From assembly GCA_041447175.1 (NCBI GenBank), contig CP166960.1, positions 703,507-767,506 of the forward strand: a stretch of DNA of 64,000 nt, written 5' to 3'. The position numbers were made by a program, and so were the translations under genes. This document shows positions 1 through 9,514 of the stretch, in pieces. The first letter of the stretch is position 1; the number at the start of each line of letters is the position of its first letter. This DNA comes from Candidatus Bathyarchaeia archaeon. Its GTDB lineage: Archaea > Thermoproteota > Bathyarchaeia > Bathyarchaeales > Bathycorpusculaceae. The notes beneath the pieces were generated by a model. That model did no database searches and was not told where the DNA came from. It was given only the letters and a program-made list of their open reading frames with translations.

Positions 1-1
1 C

Positions 2-928
2 ACCTTGGTCTACGGAGCTCTGGGCAACAAGATGGTTTGTCTTACGCCTTGTGAACGAAAAATCGGCTACGTTTTTCAGACTGCAGCGCTGTTTCCCCAC
101 ATGAAAGTAAAAGACAACGTCGCCTACGGGTTGAAGGCAAAGCGCCTATCCAAGCAGGAAATCGCGGAAAAAACCCGTTCCCTGTTGCAGTTTGTGGGTA
201 TGGGTGAGTACGCTGAACATTTTCCGCATCAGATCAGCGGTGGACAAAAACAGTTGGTGGCGTTGGCGCGGTCGGTGGCTACGGACCCTGAGGTGCTTTT
301 GTTGGATGAGCCGTTGTCGGCGGTTGATGTGAAGATGCGGGAAACTTTACGGTTTGAGTTTAAGAGTCTGCTGCGTAAGCTCAACATTACAGCAGTGTAT
401 GTTACGCATGATTTGACGGAGGCACTGGTGATGTCTAGCCGCGTGGCGGTCATGGGTAATGGACGTATTGAGCAGGTGGGGAATCGGGATGACATTTTGG
501 GCAAGCCTAACTCTCGGTACGTGGCGGAGTTTTTGGGGCTAAACGTGTTCACGGCAAAAGCAGTCCAGAAGCCTAAAGGCAAAACGGACTTAGACATTAA
601 CGGTGTGGTGCTTATGGCGCCTAACTTGGAGGTTCCTGACGGGGAACCTGTTCTGGTTACCATTAAGCCTGAAGACGTCATTTTGTCGTCTCAATCCAGC
701 CTTAAGGAACCCAAATCTATCTGCTGCAGATGCAACTTCCTTAAAGGCACCATCGTCGAGATTACCCTGATGCGTTCCATCGCCCGCGTAACGGTTGATG
801 TAGGCTTTCAAATACGCTCCAAACTCACACTAAGTTCACTGGGCGATTTGGGGTTAATTGAAGGCGACACCGTCTGCGTAAAATTCAAAATTGATGCCCT
901 AAACGTGTCCACCAAAAACACCCCCTAA
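2..928 (+). CDS. ABC transporter ATP-binding subunit (ModC/WtpC/CysA-type importer with C-terminal TOBE-like domain), 5' end cut by window edge
   Basis: Frame is open from the window edge. Signature ISGGQKQLVALARS, Walker B LLLDEPLS, H-loop VTHD. Walker A must lie upstream of the window. The C-terminal ~70 aa form a beta-rich TOBE-like extension. Confidence 0.8.
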   Translation, partial: TLVYGALGNKMVCLTPCERKIGYVFQTAALFPHMKVKDNVAYGLKAKRLSKQEIAEKTRSLLQFVGMGEYAEHFPHQISGGQKQLVALARSVATDPEVLLLDEPLSAVDVKMRETLRFEFKSLLRKLNITAVYVTHDLTEALVMSSRVAVMGNGRIEQVGNRDDILGKPNSRYVAEFLGLNVFTAKAVQKPKGKTDLDINGVVLMAPNLEVPDGEPVLVTIKPEDVILSSQSSLKEPKSICCRCNFLKGTIVEITLMRSIARVTVDVGFQIRSKLTLSSLGDLGLIEGDTVCVKFKIDALNVSTKNTP

Positions 929-1155
929 CATGAATCTATAGCCGCCTATTAGCATCCAATTAGCAATTCAATGCAGAACCCGTAGAGGGAAGGGGCGAAT
1001 GTGGAGCATGGCGGTTGTGTGTTGGTTTTGTGACGTGATAGTGCTTTTGTTTGTCGCTGGACTGTTTAGGGTTGATTAGGTATGTCTCAGGAAACCCCCA
1101 CCCAAACCCCAGCCGTCCCTTCTGCCGCGGTCGCTGAAAAGAAACCCATTACAGT

Positions 1156-1496
1156 TCAGGAGCTGATTGATTCCCTTCGCAGCATGCCTACGCCTCTGCC
1201 GCTGTTGTCCGTGACCCCATTGGCGGTAGAGGAACCTGGTTGGAAAATCAGGTTAATCAACTGTCATTGGTCCTTTTTTCTATGTCGGCTTCAGTTTCGA
1301 ACCCTTTTTTGAGGGCGGATTTTTTGATTTTTTCAGGGTCAATGCCAAATCCGTCGTCTTCCACCACAATTATGACGTGGTCGCCGTTTCTCTGCGCCGA
1401 AAGTTTAATGGTGCCCACAGGGTCTTTGTGGGCGTTTTCCCTTTCGCTGGGGGTTTCGATGCCGTAGTCGATGTTGGTAGTAGACCTATTCTGCAA
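1156..1496 (-). pseudogene. CheA-like histidine kinase remnant (HATPase domain only, frameshifted)
   Basis: The 1257..1496 translation DYGIETPSERENAHKDPVGTIKLSAQRNGDHVIIVVEDDGFGIDPEKIKKSALKKGF matches the CheA N-box/G1 region. After the stop at 1257 the homology continues in another frame (1156..1263: NLIFQPGSSTANGVTDNSGRGVGM, CheA F/G2 boxes). No phosphotransfer, dimerisation or CheW-like parts are present. Confidence 0.6.
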
Positions 1497-1541
1497 CCAA
1501 CCCCTATTCCCTCTACGCTTTTACAAGTATATTCCTGGTTG

Positions 1542-1781
1542 TTAGGTTGATTGTGATTCAATCAAAGTTAGCGTTAAAGTCGATTTAATGTTATCCAACC
1601 CGCGGATACGTTTAGACACGATTTCTTTGACGGCTCCAAATGATTCAGCTTGAATTAAAGCCACCGCATCATACATCCCGCGGGAAGAATGAGCTTCACT
1701 TACGCCTTCAACCTTCCTTAAACTTTCAACCACCTCCGCGCCGTCAGAAGTGGCGTTTATGAAAACCAACGCTCTGGGCAT
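1542..1781 (-). CDS. Stand-alone Lrp/AsnC ligand-binding (RAM) domain protein
   Basis: MPRALVFINATSDGAEVVESLRKVEGVSEAHSSRGMYDAVALIQAESFGAVKEIVSKRIRGLDNIKST has the beta-alpha-beta-beta-alpha-beta pattern of AsnC_trans_reg domains. The internal ATG at 1781 is preceded by GGAGGTGA. The longer ORF-track start (1892) has no support. Confidence 0.6.
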   Translation of the reverse strand: MPRALVFINATSDGAEVVESLRKVEGVSEAHSSRGMYDAVALIQAESFGAVKEIVSKRIRGLDNIKSTLTLTLIESQST

Positions 1782-1911
1782 AACACCTTCACCTCCTGTC
1801 CGCGTGGATTTCTTTTCTCCCAACGGGAAAAAACGTGCATACACAAAGCAAGCTTCCTTCTGGAAAACCGCGCCACCCCAGCATGGTTCCAAAATGAAGC
1901 TGAAACACTCA

Positions 1912-2109
1912 TCACGGTATTCCTTCTCGAATACAGTAAAAGTTGCCGTTTATGCACATGAAAGCGGGGCATTTTCCGTCATAGCAGTGGTTTAGCCATT
2001 GGCATGGTGAACGGACTTCGTGGACGCGTCGCTTGTAGGTGTACGTGCTTTGGATTGAGCGGTTTTTGGGTTTGTCCTGTTTAGAAATTTTGTTTAAAAC
2101 TGCTCCCAT
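1912..2109 (-). CDS. Hypothetical small Cys-rich protein
   Basis: 65-aa ORF with 5 Cys (CQWLNHCYDGKCPAFMCINGNFYC). No recognisable family. Coding status is uncertain. Confidence 0.2.
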   Translation of the reverse strand: MGAVLNKISKQDKPKNRSIQSTYTYKRRVHEVRSPCQWLNHCYDGKCPAFMCINGNFYCIREGIP

Positions 2110-2245
2110 TTGAGCACCTCAAAATTCGTTGTTAGGTCATTTGATTGAGGATGTTATTAAAACTGTGTTGCATACACTGTACTACTACAACTTGCAACTG
2201 GCTGTTAGGTTGTCTGTGTTTGGCGTTAAACGCGATGAACCATGA

Positions 2246-3211
<966 letters not shown>

Positions 3212-3216
3212 CGCTG

Positions 3217-5427
3217 TTAGGTGTTGCTGAACCTGTTGAACTCGACCAGGGTTCCAATGGCGCCGCATGAGGGGCATCGGTGTAGGTTGCCAAACCAGCT
3301 TTTCTGGCAGTTCTTGCAGTAGGTCACGGAGCGGTTATACGTTAATAATTCAACGCCGTGATTCTGCATTAAGCGAAGGGTCAATTTCATGAGTTCGTCG
3401 GGGTTTTCCTCTGAAGCATCAATGTCGATGATGGTCAAGTTTGCACCCGCGCTTAACCCTTTAGTTTTCTCATGCAACTCTAACTGCTCGGTGGGCACCG
3501 AAAGAACTTTGTTGCCTGTTTGCAGGGTCATTCTTTGGGCAGTGGTGTAGTAGGGTTTCTCGCGGGTTCCCAAAAAATTAACCTTAGCTAACCCGTACTT
3601 CTCCACATCCAACTGAGCTAACCTCCCCGAAGATTCGGGGCTGCGTACAATGGCCAGTGAGATACGTTTTCCATGTTTTCTGCCCAGTTTACTGATGTAT
3701 CCCTGCATGTTCTGTAGCAACTCCACCGCAAACTGGATGCTTTCTTTGTCCCCGAGGGGTTTGGACGTGAAGCTTTCAATTGAGCTTTCAAACCCTGCCA
3801 CGTTAACTATCCCGCTGCAGTTTTCCAACCTGAAGTATGTGTCTCCGTTGGCGCCATGCATAAGAAACGGCAACACCGTTTTCCCAAACTGCTTCAGCGC
3901 TCGCTGCTTTATGCCTAACGCGCGTACTGCCATCTCTGCTCTTTCTTTGAGTAAATTGAAGAATTTGGTTTTGTCTTTTTCGCATTCACGCACAATCCTT
4001 GGCAAATTTATGGTGACGCAGCCAAGGCAGCCAGTTCGCATGGTGTCGGTTTCCCAGTCGCCAGTTAAGTTCGCTTTCAACTTTATTCCTGAAGCAGAAA
4101 ACGAGGCGGTTTCTCCGTTTAAAAGTTCATTGGCAAATAAGATGGGGCTTTTGTCAAATGCTAACTGGGTGGCTTTTTGAAAAATCGGTGTTTCTTGTTC
4201 AGTTGCTGTTTGGGGGGTAACTTTCAGGATGAGTTTGGGGTTGACGATTGGTTTAAAAACGCTTTCTTCGGTGAAGATATCTACGGTTAATTCCGCTAAA
4301 AGTTTGGCTTCTTCTGTGTATTGGCTGTAGTTGCCTGCGGTTTTTCCGTTTGGACCTACAGCTGGTTTATTTGCCAAAAAACTTGGCATTTGAGGTTCTA
4401 ACCCCAACGATACGTCTGCGTGCTGGTTAAGGTTTAAAATGAACAAGCGCAGGTTTTCCTTCACCTGAGTTGGGTCTAAACCTGTAATGAACGGCGCCAA
4501 AAACACGTTGAAGTGGTCTATAGTTTGGGTTTCGTTAACTTCTTGCTGCGTGAACAATAGCATGTCAAAGGTGGTTGCCAAGGCGGCTTCAAAGCTTTTG
4601 GGCGGCTTCTTGGATTGCTGTTGTGGGTTAAAGTCGTCCAGACGCATCCCGTTTTGGAGAAAGAACCGTAAGTCATGCATGATTTCGCTGGGCTTAAGAA
4701 TCCAAGTGCTTAAACCGTTAATGTGCAGTGCCCCAGACAAATGTGCATCTGAAATGTCTCGGGGTAACACATTAAGTAATGTGTATTCGCGGAAAACGGT
4801 TTTCCCCGCCATAGCCAAAACTGACCCCGCCTCCTGAGGCGTTTTTGCGTCAATCAAGGCAGCAACTTCGTGAACGGGCAACCCTAACCGTGTAAGCTTA
4901 TGACGATAATCCTCAAGGCCTTTCTCGATTAAGAGGACGTTTACGATTTCGCGGATAAGCGCGGCAGTTAAGTATTTGATTTTGGATTTGACGAGGAGTT
5001 TTTCGGTTTCTTTGGCAGTTTTTTGAGCCAAGTCCGCGGGCATTTTGCTTTCACGTATGAGGCTGTTGGCGATTTTGTTTGCGTCAAACTCTTCAAACGT
5101 GAAATGGGATGTGCGCACCAGCATGCCTTTGGGTTTGACTGCTTTTTTCTCTACGCGGTCAGCTACGTCGATGACCATCTTGCCAAGGTCTGTGAGGAAG
5201 TATTTTTTTGCCTCTGAATCCACTTCCACCAAGTTTGCTTTCAGCAGGAACTTTAGGTGATACGCAAATCTTCCTGCGTCGCGGCTTGGATTCATCTTTA
5301 ACTGGTTCATAAGTTCGGTGTAGCTTAATTCGCCTTTGTCAAAGAGCAGGTTTAGGATTTGCAGCCTCAACGGTGAAGAAACAGCTTTGAGAACTTTTAC
5401 GCCACGCGCACGTTGAGGAAGCGACAT
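3217..5427 (-). CDS. Class III (anaerobic) ribonucleotide reductase NrdD-like protein with N-terminal ArsR-type wHTH and ATP-cone; glycyl-radical motif not conserved
   Basis: N-terminal wHTH (SSPLRLQILNLLFDKGELSYTELMNQL...AYHLKFLLKANLVE). ATP-cone (VRTSHFTFEEFDANKIANSLIRES...IREIVNVLLIEKG). NrdD core (CLGCVTINLPRI). C-terminal Zn site CKNC...CPSCG. The position of the RxxGY radical motif reads NRFSNT followed by stop. Confidence 0.8.
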   Translation of the reverse strand: MSLPQRARGVKVLKAVSSPLRLQILNLLFDKGELSYTELMNQLKMNPSRDAGRFAYHLKFLLKANLVEVDSEAKKYFLTDLGKMVIDVADRVEKKAVKPKGMLVRTSHFTFEEFDANKIANSLIRESKMPADLAQKTAKETEKLLVKSKIKYLTAALIREIVNVLLIEKGLEDYRHKLTRLGLPVHEVAALIDAKTPQEAGSVLAMAGKTVFREYTLLNVLPRDISDAHLSGALHINGLSTWILKPSEIMHDLRFFLQNGMRLDDFNPQQQSKKPPKSFEAALATTFDMLLFTQQEVNETQTIDHFNVFLAPFITGLDPTQVKENLRLFILNLNQHADVSLGLEPQMPSFLANKPAVGPNGKTAGNYSQYTEEAKLLAELTVDIFTEESVFKPIVNPKLILKVTPQTATEQETPIFQKATQLAFDKSPILFANELLNGETASFSASGIKLKANLTGDWETDTMRTGCLGCVTINLPRIVRECEKDKTKFFNLLKERAEMAVRALGIKQRALKQFGKTVLPFLMHGANGDTYFRLENCSGIVNVAGFESSIESFTSKPLGDKESIQFAVELLQNMQGYISKLGRKHGKRISLAIVRSPESSGRLAQLDVEKYGLAKVNFLGTREKPYYTTAQRMTLQTGNKVLSVPTEQLELHEKTKGLSAGANLTIIDIDASEENPDELMKLTLRLMQNHGVELLTYNRSVTYCKNCQKSWFGNLHRCPSCGAIGTLVEFNRFSNT

Positions 5428-5784
5428 TGAACCTTTTCTCTCTTCAGGTGACTTGAGGTATTGTCAACGGGAGAGTTTAAACCTTAGCCAAGAACCCGTT
5501 TTTCTCAATTCCCCTTTCATGGGAAAAAAGTTTGATGACTTTCTTATGTTAGTATTCATGCAACCTTGAGTTTTAAATCTAAAACCCCTTCTGCCAAGGT
5601 TCTGGTGACCTTCAAGTTTATGGTTCCGAAGCATACAAGCATCTAAAAAGCTGTGCTGTCTGCTTATATTTTTTCAAATAAACTTTAATGTCTTGTTAGA
5701 AAATTTTTGCTTCGTTCAGCTCTAATTACGGCAATTCTTATATATGTCTTGTAGTTACTCCGTTTTTACCCTAAATAGGAGAAA

Positions 5785-8622
5785 ATGATAAGAATGAAAA
5801 TTTCGATGAGTAAGATTAAGTTAGCTACGCTTTCGCTTCTGCTATTAGCTATAATCGCTTTCCCCGCATTCTCACTGCAGACCGCCAGTGCGCATTCGCC
5901 TTCTTGGAATATTACTCGGTATGCTTTTGCTTCTGCTGCTCCTAATCCTGTCGGTGTGAATCAGCCGGTTGCTATTGTTATTTGGGCAGATATCCCTCCG
6001 CCTACGGCGTCGGGTAATGCTGGTGATCGTTGGACTGGTTTTAAGGTTGACGTCACTAAGCCTGATGGTACGACGGTTAATGTTTTGAGTGATGGTGTTT
6101 CGGATCCTGTGGGTTCGAGTTATGCGCTTTATACTCCGGACATGACTGGTGTTTATACTGTTGAGTTTAGTTTTCCTGCTCAGGTTTTGGAGCGGGCAGG
6201 TTATACTGGTCTTGATGGTTCAAACAGCGTTTACATCGGCGATACCTTCTCTGCCGGACATGTGACAACTACATTCACTGTTCAGCCTGATGCAGTGCCT
6301 CACTTCGAAGAAGCACAGTTGCCTGTAAGCTACTGGACGCGGCCAATCAACGAGAACAACCGTAACTGGGCTCAGGTTGGTTCAGCCTGGCTAGGCTCAA
6401 CTGGCAACGGCGGTATTTTTGGCGCTACTTACCTTAAATACAACCCCTACGGCTGGGCACCAAGCACTGCTCACGTCTCCATGACTTACCCACTTTCGTG
6501 GGGCGGCATCGTCGGAGGCGGCAACGCAATTGTCTCTGACATCGGCTTCTACTCAGGCACACAATACCAACTAAAATTCAGCTATCCAATCATCATGTAT
6601 GGCAACGTCTACTTCAGCCTCCCAGTTAACAACGCAATCAGCGGTAATGGTGTTGCTTGTGTTAGTTTGCGTACTGGTGAGACTTTGTGGGTGAATCCTG
6701 ACTTTAGTACGGTTATGATGGGTCAGCTTTATGATTTTGAGTCGCCTAACCAGCACGGTGTCACAGGTATTTACTTGTGGGCTAGTGGCCGGGCTGTTGG
6801 CACTGGAATCACTAATCCTGGCGCTGATGCAGTTGCAGCCTTAAGCGACAACTACCCCGTCGGCACAAACCTAGCAATAACCCCTGCAGTCACCAACAGC
6901 ACCGCCAAAGTTGATGCTGCTGCTTGGGTTGCTCTTGACCCTCAGACTGGTAAAGTGCTTTTCAATTTGACTAATGTTCCTTCTGGCACGCAAGCATATG
7001 GACCTCACGGTGAGTGGCTTATCTATAACATCGGCGGCGAAGACGGCTCAGCTTCCTACCTCTGGCAATGGAACAACACTAAACTACCCGGCAACGACGC
7101 AAGCGGCGGCGTAACCCAATGGATGCCTGGCAACCGAAACTGGAACATGAGCACTGCTTATGACTATAACGTGACTTTGTCTGAGACTCTACCTTCTAGG
7201 ACTTCTCCGATTGGTGGTAGCGGTTTTGGTGTGACCACCTATTATGATGCGGCTACTGGTCTTTATACTGCGCCTCCTGCGATTGTTCGTGTGTTTCCGG
7301 GTAATGTTATTCTTGGTCAGAGTTCTGGTTTGCAGCAGACTCCTGGTACTTCTGCGGGTATTCTTGGCACTCCTAATCCGTTCACTTTGTGGGCGATTAA
7401 TCTTGATCCTTCACGTGGTGATGTGGGTGAGGTTTTGTGGCTTAAGGATTATCCTGCTCCGGAGGGTAACATTACGGTGAACATTGGTCCTGCTGATGGT
7501 GAGAATAACGTTTTTACGTTGTACTATAAGCAGACTCGTCAGTGGGTTGGTTATGACTTGTTGACTGGTGAGCAGCTTTGGGGTCCTACGGATTCTGAGA
7601 ATCAGTGGAACTTTTACACTGGTACTACTGGTTTGACTGGTCCGATTGGTGTGGGCTATGGTCACATGTATGTTGCTGGCTACGGCGGTACGGTTTATGC
7701 GTATGATCTGAAGACGGGTAATGTGGACTTTACTTTCGGTAATGACATCAATGACCCTAATAATAGTACTTTTACTGCAGAAACTGTCTACGGCGTTTAT
7801 CCCACTCAGGTGGCTGCTGTTGCTGATGGCAAGGTGTACTTGGTTGAGGAAGAGCATTCTTTGGATTCGCCTGCGTATCGTGGGGCTAAGACTCGTTGTA
7901 TTGATGCGTTTACTGGTGAGTTGCTGTGGGATATTTATGGTGTTAGTTCTTGGCAGAGCAGTGCGGTTGCTGATGGTTACTATACTTGGCTAAACTACAA
8001 TGACATGCAGATTTATGCTATGGGTCCTGGTCCTAGCGCAACCACCGTTGACATAACTAACAACGTTGTCTCCTTAGGTAGCAGTGTTGAAATCGTCGGA
8101 ACAGTTACTGATCAGACTCCGCTTGAGGCTTTGATGGGTACTCCTGCTGTTTCGGATGCGGATCAAGGTGTTCAGATGGAGTATTTGGTTCAGCACAGTG
8201 TTGATAAGCCAACTGACATTGCTGGTGTTCCGGTGACTTTGTTTGCTACTGACTGTAATGGTGTTACTGCTGAAATTGCTCAGGTGACTAGCACTGGTAC
8301 GGGTGGTGTTTTCCACTATTTGTGGACTCCTCCGGCGGAAGGTGAGTTTGTTATCACTGCAGAGTTTGCTGGCACTAACTCTTATGGTCCTTCTTCTGCT
8401 CAGACAGCTCTAGGCGTTACTGCTGCTGCTCCCATTGTGAATCCAACTGCAACCCCCAGTCAATCTTCATCCCCCGTTGTCTCTGCAACTCCTGAAGCTT
8501 CCCCTACAACTGCAACTTCGCCTGGTAATGCGCCTGCCTTTGAAGTTTACATTGCAATCGCCGCAGTCGTCATAGTCGTAGTCATCGCAGCCGCAGCACT
8601 CGTCCTAAGAAGACGCAAATAA
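5785..8622 (+). CDS. Secreted PQQ-like beta-propeller repeat surface protein with Ser/Thr/Pro linker and C-terminal TM anchor
   Basis: Signal peptide (KLATLSLLLLAIIAFPAFSLQTASA). Repeated propeller motifs (SLRTGETLWVN, ALDPQTGKVLFN, GYDLLTGEQLWG, AYDLKTGNVDFTF, CIDAFTGELLWD). PT/S-rich linker. C-terminal hydrophobic helix plus RRRK. Confidence 0.7.
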   Translation: MIRMKISMSKIKLATLSLLLLAIIAFPAFSLQTASAHSPSWNITRYAFASAAPNPVGVNQPVAIVIWADIPPPTASGNAGDRWTGFKVDVTKPDGTTVNVLSDGVSDPVGSSYALYTPDMTGVYTVEFSFPAQVLERAGYTGLDGSNSVYIGDTFSAGHVTTTFTVQPDAVPHFEEAQLPVSYWTRPINENNRNWAQVGSAWLGSTGNGGIFGATYLKYNPYGWAPSTAHVSMTYPLSWGGIVGGGNAIVSDIGFYSGTQYQLKFSYPIIMYGNVYFSLPVNNAISGNGVACVSLRTGETLWVNPDFSTVMMGQLYDFESPNQHGVTGIYLWASGRAVGTGITNPGADAVAALSDNYPVGTNLAITPAVTNSTAKVDAAAWVALDPQTGKVLFNLTNVPSGTQAYGPHGEWLIYNIGGEDGSASYLWQWNNTKLPGNDASGGVTQWMPGNRNWNMSTAYDYNVTLSETLPSRTSPIGGSGFGVTTYYDAATGLYTAPPAIVRVFPGNVILGQSSGLQQTPGTSAGILGTPNPFTLWAINLDPSRGDVGEVLWLKDYPAPEGNITVNIGPADGENNVFTLYYKQTRQWVGYDLLTGEQLWGPTDSENQWNFYTGTTGLTGPIGVGYGHMYVAGYGGTVYAYDLKTGNVDFTFGNDINDPNNSTFTAETVYGVYPTQVAAVADGKVYLVEEEHSLDSPAYRGAKTRCIDAFTGELLWDIYGVSSWQSSAVADGYYTWLNYNDMQIYAMGPGPSATTVDITNNVVSLGSSVEIVGTVTDQTPLEALMGTPAVSDADQGVQMEYLVQHSVDKPTDIAGVPVTLFATDCNGVTAEIAQVTSTGTGGVFHYLWTPPAEGEFVITAEFAGTNSYGPSSAQTALGVTAAAPIVNPTATPSQSSSPVVSATPEASPTTATSPGNAPAFEVYIAIAAVVIVVVIAAAALVLRRRK

Positions 8623-8637
8623 ACCAACAACCAACCC

Positions 8638-8657
8638 TTTCTTTCTTTTTTTGTTTT
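8638..8657 (+). terminator. Oligo-T tract downstream of the propeller gene (archaeal-type terminator candidate)
   Basis: tttctttctttttttgtttt lies 16 nt after the stop codon. Confidence 0.35.
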
Positions 8658-8737
8658 AACGCTCAAAACCTGTTTTCTCTGCAAAACATCAGTCGCTTTA
8701 TATTTCTCTGCGCCTACGCGTCTACGGAGACAAATTC

Positions 8738-9412
8738 ATGCGTATAGTGCTCAGAATAGGCGGCTCAGTTGTCGCATCACCCATTAACACTGACCTTATC
8801 AACAAATACGCTGACCTGCTTCGAACCCTGAAAATGCAGGGTCACGAGGTTGCCGTGGTTACAGGCGGAGGACAAATGGCTCGGGAGTTCATTCAAATCG
8901 CTAAAAACTTGGGTTTAGAAATGCAGGCGCAGGATGAAGTTGCCATAAGCGTTTCTCGGTTGTTTGCGCAGCTTTTTTTGAAGAAGCTTGGTGGCTTGGC
9001 ATGCGGCAAAGTGGCTGTGTCCTTAGAGGAAGCAGCGGCGTGTTTAGACACGGGGAAAATCATGGTTATGGGTGGATTAAAACCTGGCATCACAACGGAC
9101 GCCGTCGCCGCTATGGTCGCGGAGCATGTTAAGGCAGATTTGCTGCTTAAGGGCACCGACCAAGATGGCATCTACGATAAAGACCCCCGAAAATTCGCCG
9201 ACGCAGTGAAGCTGGATCATATGCAGTTTGAGGATTTGCAGGGTGTGCTCTCGGAGACGGTTCACACGGCGGGGATTCACCAAATCATCGACCCTGAAGC
9301 CGCGAAAATTCTTAAACGCAAACACGTCAAGCTTATGGTGGTTAACGGGTTTAAACCTGAAAACGTTTTGGCGGCGGTTAATGGCGAAAAAGTCGGAACT
9401 GTCGTCGACTAA
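8738..9412 (+). CDS. pyrH: Uridylate (UMP) kinase, archaeal type
   Basis: Amino-acid-kinase fold with MRIVLRIGGSVV, VAVVTGGGQMAR, MGGLKPGITTDAVAA and GTDQDGIYDKDP. The ~225 aa length is typical of archaeal PyrH. Confidence 0.85.
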   Translation: MRIVLRIGGSVVASPINTDLINKYADLLRTLKMQGHEVAVVTGGGQMAREFIQIAKNLGLEMQAQDEVAISVSRLFAQLFLKKLGGLACGKVAVSLEEAAACLDTGKIMVMGGLKPGITTDAVAAMVAEHVKADLLLKGTDQDGIYDKDPRKFADAVKLDHMQFEDLQGVLSETVHTAGIHQIIDPEAAKILKRKHVKLMVVNGFKPENVLAAVNGEKVGTVVD

Positions 9413-9458
9413 ATAGTCTTTTTTATTGCAGTTTTGTTTCTTGGCGGCAACAACCTTA

Positions 9459-9500
9459 AATATCACTTGCGATATCGCCTTTGATATCTAATGTAATATC
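9459..9500. promoter_or_regulatory. Four RATATC hexamers phased at exactly 12 bp, upstream of padR (candidate operator/promoter)
   Basis: aATATC 9459-9464, gATATC 9471-9476, gATATC 9483-9488, aATATC 9495-9500. Includes the 10-bp palindrome gcgatatcgc. The array ends 15 nt before the padR start. Confidence 0.4.
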
Positions 9501-9514
9501 AATAGTGATGTGAA

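Noticed and set aside
1082-1312. A 76-aa plus-strand ORF (MSQETPTQTPAVPS...).
   Set aside because: It is antisense to the CheA-like remnant, and the opposite-strand homology accounts for its open frame.
7244-7993. ORFs 7244..7480, 7411..7857 and 7721..7993 inside the propeller gene.
   Set aside because: Their Leu/Arg/Val-rich translations come from the T3-rich codon style of the real frame. There is no independent support.
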